From Geosiphon pyriformis uo1 (Eukaryota; Fungi; Glomeromycota), in contig JAAOMT010000741.1 of the NCBI GenBank assembly GCA_016748015.1, positions 1 to 64,000 of the forward strand: DNA of 64,000 nucleotides, in the 5' to 3' direction. Positions 10,790 through 25,341 of this stretch are shown here, one piece after another. The first letter of the stretch is position 1, and each line of letters starts with the position of its first letter. Below the pieces are notes generated by a model. That model did no database searches and had not been told where the DNA came from. It saw nothing but the letters and a program-made list of their open reading frames with translations. Position numbers and translations under genes: made by a program.

Positions 10790-12691
10790 CTGTCTAATAT
10801 AATATATTAAACTAAGTAATCTAAACTAAATATAAATTATGTATTTAATTATATATAACCAGCCACTTAAACCAGTTAGAACAACACTATATATTTACAT
10901 ATACAAAAATTATATCTCTAATACTTAAAAAAAATAAACACAATTTATATATACTAAAATTAATTTTAAAGACTTTAACAATTTTAAATAACTTAATCAT
11001 ATTATCAAACAGTACAAATAACAAATTGATAATAATTACAGAAATAATTTTATTATGTAAAATTAGATCACTTTTTTTCATAAAAACTTAGTGTTTAAAA
11101 TAAATAAATCAGATATTATTTTTATAAACCAGCCCAAAATTATATACAAAGTTTACAATTTTACAACCAAAAATTTTAGCATTTTTAAAAACCAAAAAAA
11201 TTTCTGAAATCAGTTCTTAAAAACAAATTTTTTACACAAAGCTAAATATACAGCAACATTAAAAAAGCACAAAAAAAACAATTGTAAAATACATAAAAAT
11301 AATCTAAACAAACTAAAAAATATTTTTTAGATAATTACATAAATATTTAACAGTTTTTTGTGAAGTTTATTCTCTAATTTACAAATAAACATGATTCAAA
11401 AACTTAAAATATTTACAAAACAGACATAAAACACTATAGTAATATTTATTATATAGATAATTGTAAACAGCTATAAATAGTCTATAATACAAAACTTTTA
11501 TAATATAAGAATATATTTTAGTTATGATTTTGCTTATAAACTTAACTAATATGTAAAAATTAGGATATTATACCAGTAATAATCTAATTTAATCTATGTT
11601 TTTAAGTAAATTATTCTTTAAAACATAAGTTTTAGATCCAATTTCTTAACAGACATAACAAATTACTTAAAAAATTTTACAAACAAAACATTTTGTATTC
11701 TTTAAAACAACTTTATAATTAGGTTTAATAAAACATTTTTGCATATAAACTAAAAGCACCACATCTAAAAATAAAACAGTTCTAGCTAAAAAATTGGCTT
11801 TTTTATTGTCTAAAACACTTATATAACTTTTAATTTTGTGCCAAATAATACTTAAATTTTTTCCTAATAATATTTACAATATATTAATACTTAATTTAAT
11901 AATAATTACAAAAATTCAGCAAAATTAAAGCCAATTTTAAATAACACATGTTCAAAGCTACTTAACTATAAAAAAAATACATTTCAAAACAAGCATAATA
12001 GTTTATAATTCAGTTATACTAAAAAACCAAACCAGATATTCTAATACTTAAATCTAAATTTATATTTTCAAAAAAAGCCATATCATTAGCTTTTATTTTA
12101 ACAATATTTAAATTGTTCAGAGAACTATCAATATAAACAAAAAAACAAACTATGTTAATATCCAATAATTTGTTATAAACCAGATTAAATTTACATAAAC
12201 TAAAAATATTTAAAGACAAAAGCTAATAGCCAAAAATAAATTAATAAAGTAAGAAGCCAATTTATTAAAAATCTAACAGCAGATTTAAATTAACCAAAGA
12301 CAGAACCATAAAAATTCAATTTTTTTTTCAATGTTTAAAAGTTTTTTAGTTAAAAACACCACTTTTTTCATTATATAACTGTTTAATAAAGATAATATTA
12401 AACTGTTTAAATAAATAAAACAACTTAAAAAAAAACAGATATATTTAAAACTATTAACATCAAAGTCTTATTTTAAAAATAAAATATTAAACACAAAAAA
12501 TTAACTAAAAACAAATTATAATCATAAAAAATATAAATTACATTGACCAGAAAGTTATTTGATGAACTAATTTTGAAATAAACCAAATAGTACAAAGAGT
12601 AATAAAAAAACCAGTTTAAAACTTACAAGTCAAAAAATTTATAAATAAACAAATAGCCCAAAATATTATACACATTAGAAAAGCTTAATAT
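10790..12691 (-). mobile_element. Heavily mutated LINE 3' portion (RT C-terminal region, RNase H, C-terminus, 3' UTR)
   Basis: ORF 12019-12219(-) 'FFVYIDSSLNNL..KANDMAFFENINLDLSIRISGL' is a decayed RNase H (VYTDGS..GAA.FF). ORF 10887-11081(-) resembles a LINE ORF2 C-terminus. The 3' UTR is shared with 59790-59900. Confidence 0.72.
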
Positions 12692-15434
12692 TATTATGAA
12701 TAAACTTAATAGAATACAGTCATAATATTTAGTGTTTATAATTTAATAATAGGAGTAGTAAAAAGATCAAATAAATTGGTTTTAGTTATATTATAAATTA
12801 TCAATATTTAAAAATTTTTTTGTTTGAAGTTCTATTTTTTAAGTTTTTTTTATTATAAGTGATAAAAATATTGTTTTTTTAATTACATAGTTATTATTGT
12901 GTTTTTTCTGAGCTAATAAACACAGTTACTAAAATTTAGCATTGTTTTTTGGTTTTTTTAGTAAGTTAAAAAGATAAATTTAATATTTAAACCTAAAAAA
13001 AGTTTTTTTTTTTTACTAGACTGTTATAAAATTTATTTTCAAACAATCAATTTTTAATGTTATTACTTCACAATAAAAAATAAATAAATAAATAAAAAAT
13101 TAGTATCATGTTAATTATTATAATCAAAAACAATTAATTCAATTATTAATATTTGGTTTAAAATAAAAGTAAAAAAAAACCAACAATTAAATTTTAATAA
13201 TCTGAGTATTAAAATTATTTATATTTAAATTTAAGTAATAATATTTTATTTAATTAATACAAAAATTATAAAAATACAATAATAGATTATTAGATTAAAG
13301 AAAAAATATTAAAAAAAACTTAATTTTTGTTTGGTTTTATTCTGTTTTTTCTATTTATTAAAACTATTTGCTTTTATACATATTTTTTAGTTCTATAAAA
13401 TTGTTTTTAATTGTTTATTATTATTAACTATTGCTTATTATTTTAGTTATTGCTTTGTTTTTTTATATTATAATTAGTTATTATATGCTATTATTAGTTT
13501 TTCTGTGCTATTTTATGTTATTACATATTATTTTGTATTATTTTGTATTATTTTATGTTATTTTATATTATTTTGTATTATCTTATACTATTATGTTTTT
13601 CTATATTATTATATAGTAATCATATTTTTTTAATAGTTTTAGATTAGTTTTTTTACTTAGATAATAATATTATTTTTTTTAGAATTAAGTTTTTGCAAAA
13701 TTATATATATCTTTAAAAATTGTTCTTTTAATATAATGCTTAATAATTATATTGAATATTGTTTTTTGTAGTTTTTTAAAATAAAAATTTGTTATTTATT
13801 CTATATTGTTAACTATTATTACAGGTTGAAATAACAAGTTAACAGATAGCAAAGGAAAACAAAATTGTAAAATGATGAAAAATAATCAAAAAAGATTCAA
13901 TTTTAAGGAGTAAATTAAATAAGTATAAATTTAATATGTAAGATTAATTTTATAAAATATTTCAGTCACTATTTTTTTCAAAAAATAATCAGAAAATCTA
14001 AAAATAGAGAGATAATCTATATTGTTAACAAATGATAATATACTGGTATAATTATATGTCTCACATCAATACTCTTAAAATTTGATATTAAATATTAGAT
14101 ATATTCTTTAGTTATGTTTTATTCAATAATTTTTAAATGTTACAATTATACAAGTTAGAAAAAAGATAAGTAAATGCCAATAAGTAATCTTTTATTCCAA
14201 GATGTTTAAATACTTGAAGATAAAAAAAAGAAAATAAGTGATAAGAAAAGAATTGAGATAAAATTGTTATTTTATTTTTTTGCTTTTTTTTATTTTTACA
14301 TATTTTTCTATAGCTAAAAAATTCATCACTTATATAGTTATTGAAAATAGTTAACAACCAAGTCAATAACTAAGTCAATAATAGGATCAATAATCAAGTC
14401 AATAGTTAAATCATTAATTAGATTAATAATTACTATCTAAAAATAGTGTACTTAATTATATAATATTAGTGGTTAATACATATAATAATTAATAGAATGT
14501 ATGAATTTCAACTGTAATATTATAATAGTCTTTAATAAATTGTTTAATAGTATGATTAAACAATATTTAAATGCTAAATATAGTTAATATATTGCTTTAT
14601 AATGTAGTATTAATTGTTTTTTTTAACAAATTTTTCTATTTATTTGAAAGCTTTTTTGTTAAATATTTATTTGTTGTTATTTATGTATAGTGTTTGTAAA
14701 TTTAGTTTTTTGTCAATTTTAAAAAACCAATATGTTAATAAAGGTTTCAAAGATTTATTTTTTAGTGTTAAATTTTATAATTAAGTTGTTTAAAGCTTTT
14801 TTAATTTTTTTTATTATCTAAAAACACATGTTTTTTTTCTTTTTCTTAATTTTTTATAAAACTAAAAACATTTAATTTTAATTGAATTTTTGTTTACTCT
14901 TTTTTTGCTTATATTTTTATATTGTATCTTTTTTATTAATTGTGATTTTTATTAATGTTGTGAATTTTTGAATTGTTTTAAATAATTATTATAAAAGTTT
15001 TAAAATTTTGTCTAAAAAGTTTATATTAAAAGTGGTTTAAGATTTTTTCCTTTCTTTTTTTTCTGGTATTTATATATCTAATTTGCATAATTCAAATTTT
15101 TGTATATGAATTATGTTCAATTATGATAATTGATTCCAAATTTTGTAGAATATTTTTAAATCTAATTAATAAAATTTGTGTTCTTAGTTAAAATATAAAT
15201 AATAACAATTTTTGTATTGTGTAATAAAGTTTTAAATGATTTTTATGTACAGCTTTTTTTAAAATTCTGTCTTTTAATTGTAGTTTGTAAGCTTTATTTT
15301 CAAAAACTTTATGTATATAGAATAATCTATTTTACTTTAAGTCAAATTTTTTACTTTACTGTTTTTTAGCTTTAATGTAATATAATAATACTTTATTTCT
15401 AATTTTAAATACAACTGGTTGGTTTGATAAATAA
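12692..15434 (-). mobile_element. Family-C copy C3, 3' part (integrase tail, ORF3, PPT, 3' LTR 12692-13666)
   Basis: Reverse complement is collinear with 38780-40822 and 56730-58781; duplicated by 17345-18420. Confidence 0.82.
13817..14519 (-). repeat. Solo family-B LTR inserted in C3 ORF3
   Basis: Both termini present; TSD CTAT/TTAT; removing it restores the host sequence seen at ~17490. Confidence 0.88.
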
Positions 15435-18400
15435 TATTATAAATAAATTTAATAAAATACAGTTATAATGTTTTGTGCTTGTAATTTAATAATAAAAGCA
15501 GTAAAAAGATTAAATAACTTGGCTTTGGTCATATTATAAGTTATTAATCTTTAAAAAATTTTTTGTTTAAAATTCTATTTATTAAGTTTTTTTATTATAA
15601 AGCATAAAAATATTATTTTTTCAATTGTGTAACTATTATTGTGTTTTTTTAAGTTAGTGAGTGCAATCACTAGAGTCTGGCATTGTTTTTTTGGTAAGTT
15701 AATAAAATAAAGTTAATATTTAAACTTAGAAAAAACTTCTCTCTTTTACCAAAATATTATGAAGTTTATTTTCAAAAAGTTAATTTCTAATGTGATTGCT
15801 CTACAATAAAAAAAATAAAATAAAATAAAAATAAAAATTAGTATCTTATTAATTATTATAATCAAAAGTAATTAGTCTAGTTATTAAAGTTTTATAAGTA
15901 TTTATGCTAATAATATCTGGTCTAAAATAAATATAAAAAAAAACCATCAATTAAATTTCAATAATTAGGATGATAATATTATGTATATTTGAATTTAAGT
16001 AATAATATTTTATTTAATTAATACAAAAAAATATAAAATATAAAAATAAATTATTAAGTTAAAAAAAAGATATTAAAAGAAACTTGATTTTTATTTGGTT
16101 TTACTCTGTTTTTTTTTATTTGTTAAAACTACTTACTTTTATACATATTTTTTAGCTTTACAAAATTGCTTTTAATTGTTTATTATTACTAGCTATTGCT
16201 TACTATTTTAGCTATTATTTTGTTTTTTATGTTGTTATTAGAGATTTTTGGTCTTTTTTTTGAATATTGTTGTTGTTTTATTGTTTAATTTTTAATTATT
16301 GGAAGTAATTAAACCTTTGATAACTGAATTTTATTTTTAAATTATCTTTTATAATTTAAACTGCTAAGCTTATAAGTAAAATAGCCAATTTTATTCTAGT
16401 TATTTGTATAATTGCTTGTCTAAAAGCTTATTAAAAAATGTGTAGTTATTTTGTTATAAAAATTAACTTTTCTACAAAAATTCTGTTTGTAAACTATTTT
16501 AATATTTTTAATAAAAAAAGAAAAAAAATATAAAAAAAAGAAATTTGGTTGAGGAAATTATTTTTGTTCAAACCTGAAGTTATTAATAAATTACTGAAAT
16601 TAGTAACTAATTAATTTCAAAATGTTAGTTAAATTTTGGGAAATTTCGAGTGTAAATAATTTAAAAAATTTGGGTTTTTAAAGTATTTAATTTTTATTAC
16701 TTTTTTTGTAATAATATATAAAGAATAATTAATTCTAATTAAAATAATTCTAAAATAGAATATATTTTTTCGAAAAAGAAGCTCTTCTTTTATACAATTT
16801 TTTGTAATACTAATCTTTAAACTTGCACTTTTTTTTTGTTATTATTTTGATAAACTAAATATATATTTCAGTGAATTACAAGTTGTTTCTATGAATTATA
16901 AATTATTTTGGTAAACTATTAAATTATTTTGCAAAATTCTACAAATTTTAGTAAATTCTTAAATATTACAAAGTTTAGTGTATTGCATAATTTAATTATT
17001 ACAATTGTATATTATACAAATTAGATTATTAATTAAATAATAATGTTTGATAATTTAATTAAATAATAAGTAATAATTAAAGTAATACTAATATATGCTA
17101 ATTAATAATAAAAATTATAAAAGTAATTTCATATTAATTAATGGCTAAAATTTTACTAATAATAATGCTATAATTAGTTATCTTATGTTATTAGTGGTTT
17201 TTTTGTGTTATTTTATATTATTTTATATTATTTTGCATTATTTTACATTATTTTGTATTATTTTATATTATTATATTTTTCTATATTATTATATAGTAAT
17301 TATATTTTTCAATGATTTTAAATTGGTTTTTTTATTTAAGTAATATTATTTCTTTTTTTAGAATTAAGTTTTTGTGAAATTATATTTATTTTCAAAAATT
17401 GTTTTTTTAATATAGTATTTAATTATCATATTGAATATTGTTTTTTGTAGTTCTTCAAACCAGAAATTTATTATTTGTCTTATGATATTAACTATAATAG
17501 TCTTTAATAAATTGATTAATAGTATGATTAAACAGTATTTAAATATTGAGTATAATCAATATGTTGTTTTATAATATAGTATTAAATTGTTTCTTCTAAT
17601 AAATTTTTCTATTTGTTTGAGGGCTTTTTTGTTAAATATTTATTTATTGTTGTTTATATATAATATTTATAAGTTTAATTTTTTACCAATTTTAAAAAAC
17701 CAATATGTTAATAAAAGCTTATTTTTATATTTTGAAGATTTTAGAAGTTTTTTTTTAATGTTGAGTTTTATGGCTAAGCTGTTGAAAGCTTTTTTGATTT
17801 TTTTTATTGTTTAAGAACATATATTTTTTTTTAATCTTTTATAAGACTAAAAATATTTAGTTTTAATTAAACTCTTGTTTATATTTTCTTTGTTTGTATT
17901 TTTATATTTTATATTTTTTTATTAATTATAATTTCTATTGGTATTATAAATTGTTAAATTGCTTTAAATAATTGTAAAAGTTTTAGAATTTTATCTAAAA
18001 TATTTATATTAAAAGTGTTTTAAGCTTTTTTTTCTCATTTTTTTTTCAGTACTTATATATTTAATTTGCATAATTTAAATTTTTGTATATAAGCTGTGTT
18101 TAATTATAATAATTGGTTTTAAATCTTATAAAATATCTTTAAGTTTAATTAATAGAATTTATAGTTTTAGTTAAAATACAAATAATAATAATTTTTGTAT
18201 TGTGTAATAAAGTTTTAAACAATTTTTAAGTATAATTTTCTTTAAAATTCTGTCTTTTAATTATAGTTTTTAAGCTTTATTTTCAAGAATTTTGTGTATA
18301 TAAAATGGTTTATTTATTTTAGATCAAATTTTTATTCTATTGTTTTTTAGCTTTAATATAATATAACAATATTTTGTTTTCAATTTTAAATACAATTAGT

Positions 18401-20187
18401 TAATCTAATAAGTAATTATTATGTTTTTTTTTGTTGTTTTTAAGAATTGCTAATATTGTTAACTACTATTCTATAATTTTTTTTAGTATTTCTATAAGTT
18501 AATATGTTTTTTGGTATAAAGTAATTTTAAAATTCTTTTTAATAATTGTTTTTATTAAGAAAAAAAGTATTTTTAATTCAATATACAGTATAGTATTTCT
18601 TTTATAAATTAGTTTAAAAAATGTAAATTGTGTAGTATTTTGCTTTAATATTTAATATATAAATAATATTAAAAATATAAATAAGTCTTATTTTTGTGTA
18701 TTTTTGTAATTTATTTTTGTTAAAGTTTTACACAATGTTTAATTAAATTATTTTACCAATCTGTTTGTTTAAAAATAATATAAAAATAACAAAATTATTT
18801 TATTTTAAATTATTGGCTTAGTTTTATTAAAATATTATTAATAAAATAAGTTTTTTAATTAGATAATAATTCTTTTGAACATTTATATTGGTAGATTAAA
18901 TTTTGGTATATAAACTTAACTATTGTTTTGGTATTTGCAACTTGAATGGCTCAGGTTTTTGATTATTTAATAAAATAGTTTATAACTATTGCAATATATT
19001 AATTTTCTTTAAAAATAATTAACAGAGGTCTAACCAAATCAATTTCAATTTTATCAAATAAATTTTTAGTTAAAATAGATCAAAGTGGTTTTGTTATTCT
19101 GGTTTTTTCTTTTTTTTAGCAGAAATTACAATTAAAAACATATTTAAAAATATTTTTATATATTGTTAATTAATAATATAAATTAACTATTTTTTTTAAA
19201 GTAGCATTTTTGTTAAAGTGCCCAACAGTTAAATCAGAATATATGTTAAATAGAATTGTTTTTTCTCTATATTTTTAATAACTCATTGTAATGTTTTTTA
19301 ATTTTGGCATTTTAATTAATATAAATATTTATTGTAAATAAGGTAGTTCTAAATTTGTTTTTGTATAATACTTTGTTTTTATTGAAATAGTTTTTTTAAA
19401 ACTGAAATGTCAACAAATATTAATATAATTATTGGTATATAAGTATATTTATTTGGTAAAACTAAATTTAAATTATCTATAATAAATTGTTAATATTAAT
19501 GTTTTTGGTTTTTTCTTTATAATATACTTTGTAAAAAAATTACTGTAGATAAGTACTTTATTTTGTGTATTTTTTTTAAGTTGTAGTTTGTTAAGCAATC
19601 AGATTAATTTTTTATAATATGTATTTAAATTAAATGGCTTGTGAAAATAATATTTTTAGTTTTGTACAGCCTAGTAAATGGCAAAACATTTTAAGTTCAT
19701 AGTATTATATATTTTCTTTATTGTACTAATGATTTTGTTGACATAAATAATAGAATGTTTTTTATTATTAGGTTTAATTTAAGATAAAACTACTCTAAAA
19801 GCATTTTTTAATATATTTGTGGCTATAATAAAACATTTATTGAAATCTGAATATATTAAAATTGGAGCTTTAATAAATTAGCACTTGAGATAATTGAAGG
19901 TCTTTTGTTGTTTAATTTTTACATATATAATACTTGTTTTGAAAACAAATAATAAAAAAATTTGGTAATGTTTAAAAATTTTTTAATAAAGTAGTAATAA
20001 TATTTAGCAAGTTTTAAAAATCTTTGGAATTTATGAAAATTGGTTGAAACTGAAAAATTTTTGACTTTTTGGACTTTGTTTGAGTTAGGTTTTACTTTAT
20101 TTTTTTTAATAACATGTTCAGAACAGTTGAAAACTTATTAAAAGTAGAGTAAATAATTATTAAATGTTTTTAAAAACACATTGGTGT
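15435..20187 (-). mobile_element. Family-C copy C2, 3' half (RT C-terminus, RNase H, integrase, ORF3, 3' LTR 15435-17345)
   Basis: Reverse complement is collinear with 36950-40822; continues at 40823 after removing C1. Confidence 0.85.
16233..17164 (-). repeat. Solo family-A LTR inserted in the 3' LTR of C2
   Basis: Reverse complement of the A LTR with both termini; TSD ATGT/ATGC. Confidence 0.87.
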
Positions 20188-23046
20188 TGTTACCCAAGTA
20201 AAAAAAAACCAATTTAAGCAATTAAAAAAAACGTGATTAAAACGTAATAACATAAAAAAAAATGTGATAATACAATAATTCAAAATAATACACAATAATG
20301 TAAAATAGTACAAAATAACTAGCCATAACATAAAATAACTAATTATAGTATAAAAAAAATAAAACAATAACAGAAATAGTAAGTAATAGTTAGTAATAAC
20401 AAATAATTAAAAGCAATTTTGTAAAAATAGAAAATATGTATAAAAACAAATAGCTTTAACAGATAAAAAAAGACAAACAGAAAATAAGAATCTATTTCTT
20501 TAAAAAAAACATATTTTAATTTTAAAACCTAATAAATTTTTTCTATCTTATTTTTTTTATATTTTTATATTTACAATTAAATAAAAAATATTGTTTAATT
20601 TACTTGTATATAATTTCTAAATTTGTGTTGTCAAAATTAAATTAATTGTTTTTCTTATTTTTATTTTAGGTCAGATGCTATTAACATAAACAGCTTCAAA
20701 ACTTTAACAGCTTAGACCAATTATTTTTGATTATAATAATTGATAATACTAATTTTTTTTCTCTTTTTTTCTTATTTTTATTTTTTTATTTTATTTTTTT
20801 TAAATTCTTTATTATTTTTTTAGTAAAACAATAATATTAAGAAAATTGATTGTTTAAAAATAAATTTTATAATAGTTTAATAAAAAAAAAACTTTTTTTA
20901 AGTTTGAATATTAATTTTATCTTGTTAATTTATTAGAAAAATAAAAAAACAATATCAAACTCTAGTAACTGTACTTGACTAGCTTAAAAAAATTGTTTAT
21001 ATATACTTAATTATAAACAGTTAAATTATATTTTTATGTCTTATAACCAAAAAACTTTACAAATAAATTTACATATATTAAAAATCTTTAGAAACTAATC
21101 ATACTAATCTGCTGTTTATAGCAAATAAAAGAAACTTTTAAGCTTTTTTACTCAAATATAGAGCACCAAATGTTATTATTATATTTTATTAAGTTTACTC
21201 ATAATATTTGGTACTTTTTATAAGATTATAAAATTTATAGAGACAGAGCACTTCAGAAATTTACAAAATTAACAATTATTAAGATTATAGGAAAAGATTA
21301 TTTACTATTCAAAAGAATATTATTTTATTATTTTAAAAAAAACTTAGAAATACCAACAAAAACTGTTATTGTTAAAAGTAATTTTTGCCACTATGTACAC
21401 ATTAAAATTAACTACCTACTAGACCAAACAACTAATATAAAAAAACTTAAAGAACAAATTTATTAACAATTATTAATATATTTAACTTTAATTACTACAT
21501 AAGCTATAGCCAAAACTCTTGTTTTAATTGACAAAGAAATTAAAATATACATCTAAGACTAATATTTTTAGTGAAAAAACAAACAAATATTGAAACTTGA
21601 CTTTGAAGAATCCGAGTTTAATTTAGACAATAATACATAAACTAAACAAAAAAAAGCTCTACTTATAGTTAATAAGAAATCAAAATTTTTCTTACTAATA
21701 ATTCTTTTATATTATTAGACTCTAAAAAGCAAAATTTTACTTAAACAATCTACCAAATCACAAACAAAAACTTTAAGGATTTCTGAAAATTTGTATTCTT
21801 AAAACTTTAACCAAAATTTTTGAACTAAATTCCTAGAAAATATAGAGTTATATTTAAAAGTCTTATTCTAATATTTAGTAATCTAGTTAGAAATACTTTT
21901 TCTTAGATACAATCTTTAGCATTACTCTTAATTAAATTAACAACTACTTTTTTAAAAACAATATTCATATTACAAGTTATTATTACTATTAACAAAGAAA
22001 AATAACCAGTATTAAGTTTAAAAAAACAACTAAACATATCTTTATTAATATTTTTTTTATTAATAATTAAACAAATTTCTATTACTCAAATTATGACTTA
22101 TAGAGATATTGCTAAACTGAAAAAATTTTTCAGTAAAAAAAATGCATATATTTAGATTGTAAAAGTTGAAAAAACAATTACAGTCAACAATTAAAACAAA
22201 ACTAAAACAATAGAAGTCTTATCTTTTTTTTGATTAAAACTACAGACTTGTAATACCAAAGTTTTAATGAGAAACTAATTAATTTTGCTACTTTTAAACT
22301 TGTTTTTTTACAGTACTTCTGTAATTCAAATATGCTTATTAGATTGCAAAACCAATCCAGTATAATAAAACAAAAAGATTATAAAACTGTAACTACTTAT
22401 TTTAGAAGATTTAATTAAATTTTCTATCAAATTTAGGTAATTAAAAAAGACTATTACACTCTAAGTTAAATTTTTAACTAATTTATGAAGAGATTAAAAA
22501 GTAATATTCTTTAATTTGTTAAATTCTAACACTCTAATAACTTACAAAAGACCATAATATTTGTTTATAATTTCAAATTAACAAAACAAGAAGCCAACTA
22601 TACTCAAACCATCAATTTAGCCATAAATGAAATCTCAAACATAAATGTAAAACTTATTCAATTAAGTAAAAAATTGATTCAAAAAATTGAGAAATTTTTA
22701 ATAAAAAATTCTGAAACTTATCAACTATTATAATATAGAAATTCAAATAACAAATCTTAACAATAGCAAAATAACCAACAATAACAGCAATTCTAAAAAC
22801 AAAATTCTTATAATTGCTACTATTATCAAAAGTCTAAACACATTGTAAAGAATTGTTGCAAAAAAATCTTAGAAAAAAATTATGAAAACCAATATTAACA
22901 ACAATTTAGATATTTCTAATTTATAAAATTCTAATACTTAGTATCTTTATATTAACAATCTCTATACTCATTTCAATTACCACCAAATTATTACCAACCT
23001 CTACCAATAATATTACAAATATTATTTTAATACCAAGTTTTATTGT

Positions 23047-23868
23047 TGTTATTTATAAAAATTAGGAATTATAATAATAAGTAAATAGTCAATTAGAAAT
23101 AAACATAATAAAATAAAGAATTCCAGAATTTTCTTAGAGAATTGCAAAATTGCAGAATTCCAGGATTTTCTTGAGAAATTGCAGAATTCCAGAAATTTTG
23201 TATAACATAAATTATATATATATAGTGAGAATATTAAAAACAGAAAAAGTAATTCCAAAAAAATTCAATAGAGTTCAGAACCTCAATATTCTCTTTTTAA
23301 AAAATAGTTTCCTATAACTTGAAGTGAAATCATATCAATATTAATAAAATATTTACTTATCATCCAAATTCATGTTATTATTGCTTGATTAAGAAGATTA
23401 ATTACTTTTATACTATCAATACTTTATGTTAATAAAATCTAATACTTAATTACATTAGACCAATAGCTTTTGATTATGGCTATTAATAAGATACTAATTT
23501 TTTATTTTATTTTATTTTATTTTTATTTTATTTTATTTTATTTTATTTCTTTGTTGTTTACTAATTGATTAAAAAAATTAAGTACTGAGTAATTTAATAT
23601 TAAGAATAACCTGGTAAAAAACCTAAAAATAAGAATAAAAATTTAAAGATAGTTTATCAAAAGAGCATAATGCCAAAATAAACTGGCCATCACACTGAAA
23701 AAAAAATTCACAGAAGAAACTATCAATTGAATTCTGTTTATTATACAAAAAACTTAACCAAAACCTTTAGACCTCAAAACTTTTAGAAATTATCAATATT
23801 ACTAGTTATTAAGCATCAAGTTATAGATTTGTTATTTGTCCTAACACTCCAAATAATTATTTATAATA
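23047..23868 (+). repeat. Solo LTR of a fourth family (D) inserted in C1 gag
   Basis: TGTTA...ATAATA termini; TSD TTGT/CTGT; internal GAATTCCAG(A/G)ATTTT repeats; gag frame resumes after removal (cf. 51660-51710). Confidence 0.8.
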
Positions 23869-24350
23869 CTGTACAACAATTCAAGACCACAAACTATTGA
23901 TTATAATTAAAAATAACAAAACAACAATAGAAATTAAATACAATCTTTTAGTAAGTTAATTCAACTTATAAATCATAACAACCTATTATTTTGAGCAATT
24001 TTAACAGAATATTCAAATCAAGTTTCATATTTTGGTCTTTCAGAAACTTCAGATTTTAATAATATTATATCTTTAAAAAAAAAACTGTAATAAAATCACC
24101 AATATTTTTTTTTCTAATAACAATCAGACTGCTAATATAATTCTTCTTGCCACTATTATTGAAAACAATACATTAGCTATCATATTTTTATTTAACATTA
24201 ACAGTCTAAATACCATTGATTTTTTTAGTAAAGCTGCTATAAATCAGAACAAACCAATTACAGTAATATATATTAACACCAAAGTAAGACAAATAAACAT
24301 TAAACTAATACTTAATAGTAGATTAGCATACAACATAATTATAAAACAGC

Positions 24351-25323
24351 TGTTACCAGTGGAATTTTAGCTATTAATTAGTACGAAATTATCTTCATAA
24401 TTCCTATTATTAAGTAGCATATATTATTATCATTTTAATTATCACTTATTAATTAGCCAAATTATCAAATATTATTACTCAATCAATAACCCGATTTGTA
24501 CTATAGAAATTAAGATGATCAAATTACACAATACCCTGAACCATTTAATATAGTCAAAATTCGCCGAAATTAATAAAAAATTGGCCGAAATAATCAATAA
24601 TTCATAGAAATAATTTGTAGTTCACCAAAATATATCTTTAGTTCACCAAAATTGGAGCAAAGAAAAAAGTGCAAGTTCAAAAACTAGTACTACAACAAGT
24701 TGTATAAAAAAAGAGCTTCTCTCTTCAAAAAAATGTATCTTCTCATAGTATCTTATCATAGCATTCTACTTTAGATATCTTAATTGAAACAAATTACCTT
24801 TTATACATTTAAATAAAAATTAAATATTTGAAAAATAAATCCTTAAAAATTATAACACTTGAAATTCTCTTAACACAACTAACGTTTTGAAATTAATTAG
24901 CTACCAATTTCAATAAACTGTTAGTGACTCCAGGCCTGAATAAAAAACGTTTCCTTTGATAAATTTTATTTCTTTTACATTTCTTTTATTTTTCTTTCCT
25001 TTCTTATTACTATTATTGAGATAGCCTACAAACAAGATTCCTGTAGAAGAGTTGACTTTTACAGCAAAGTAACTACACATTTTTAGTGAGCTTCTAAACA
25101 AGCAATTCCTGAGAAAGAGTTGACATTTACTACAATGTAACTACATAAAAGTAACTGGCAAGGAATTGGCCATTTTACTTATAAGCCCAACAGTTCAAAT
25201 TATAGGAGATAATTTGAAGATAAATTCAGTTACTGGAGGTCCAACTACTTCCTAAGAACATGAATTCACAGCAAATTAACACTAACAACATTCAAAAAAA
25301 AAGACCAAAAACCTCTGGTAACA
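24351..25323 (+). repeat. Family-A 5' LTR (973 bp)
   Basis: TGTTACCAG...CTGGTAACA, a 9-bp terminal inverted repeat. Confidence 0.96.
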
Positions 25324-25325
25324 TT

Positions 25326-25341
25326 TGGTGCTCTCCCACGG
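25326..25341 (+). promoter_or_regulatory. Primer-binding site of element A
   Basis: TGGTGCTCTC.. begins 2 nt after the LTR; complementary to a tRNA 3' end ..GAGAGCACCA. Confidence 0.8.

Noticed and set aside
9540-10790. AT-rich bacterial endosymbiont or organellar insertion (also 59300-59790)
   Set aside because: No intact ORFs, tRNA or rRNA; composition matches the most decayed flanking TE relics. Left unassigned.
13431-13616. Small hydrophobic 'membrane protein' ORFs (also 17587, 20170, 23049, 47229, 57791)
   Set aside because: Translations of low-complexity LTR repeats or antisense of decayed TE genes.
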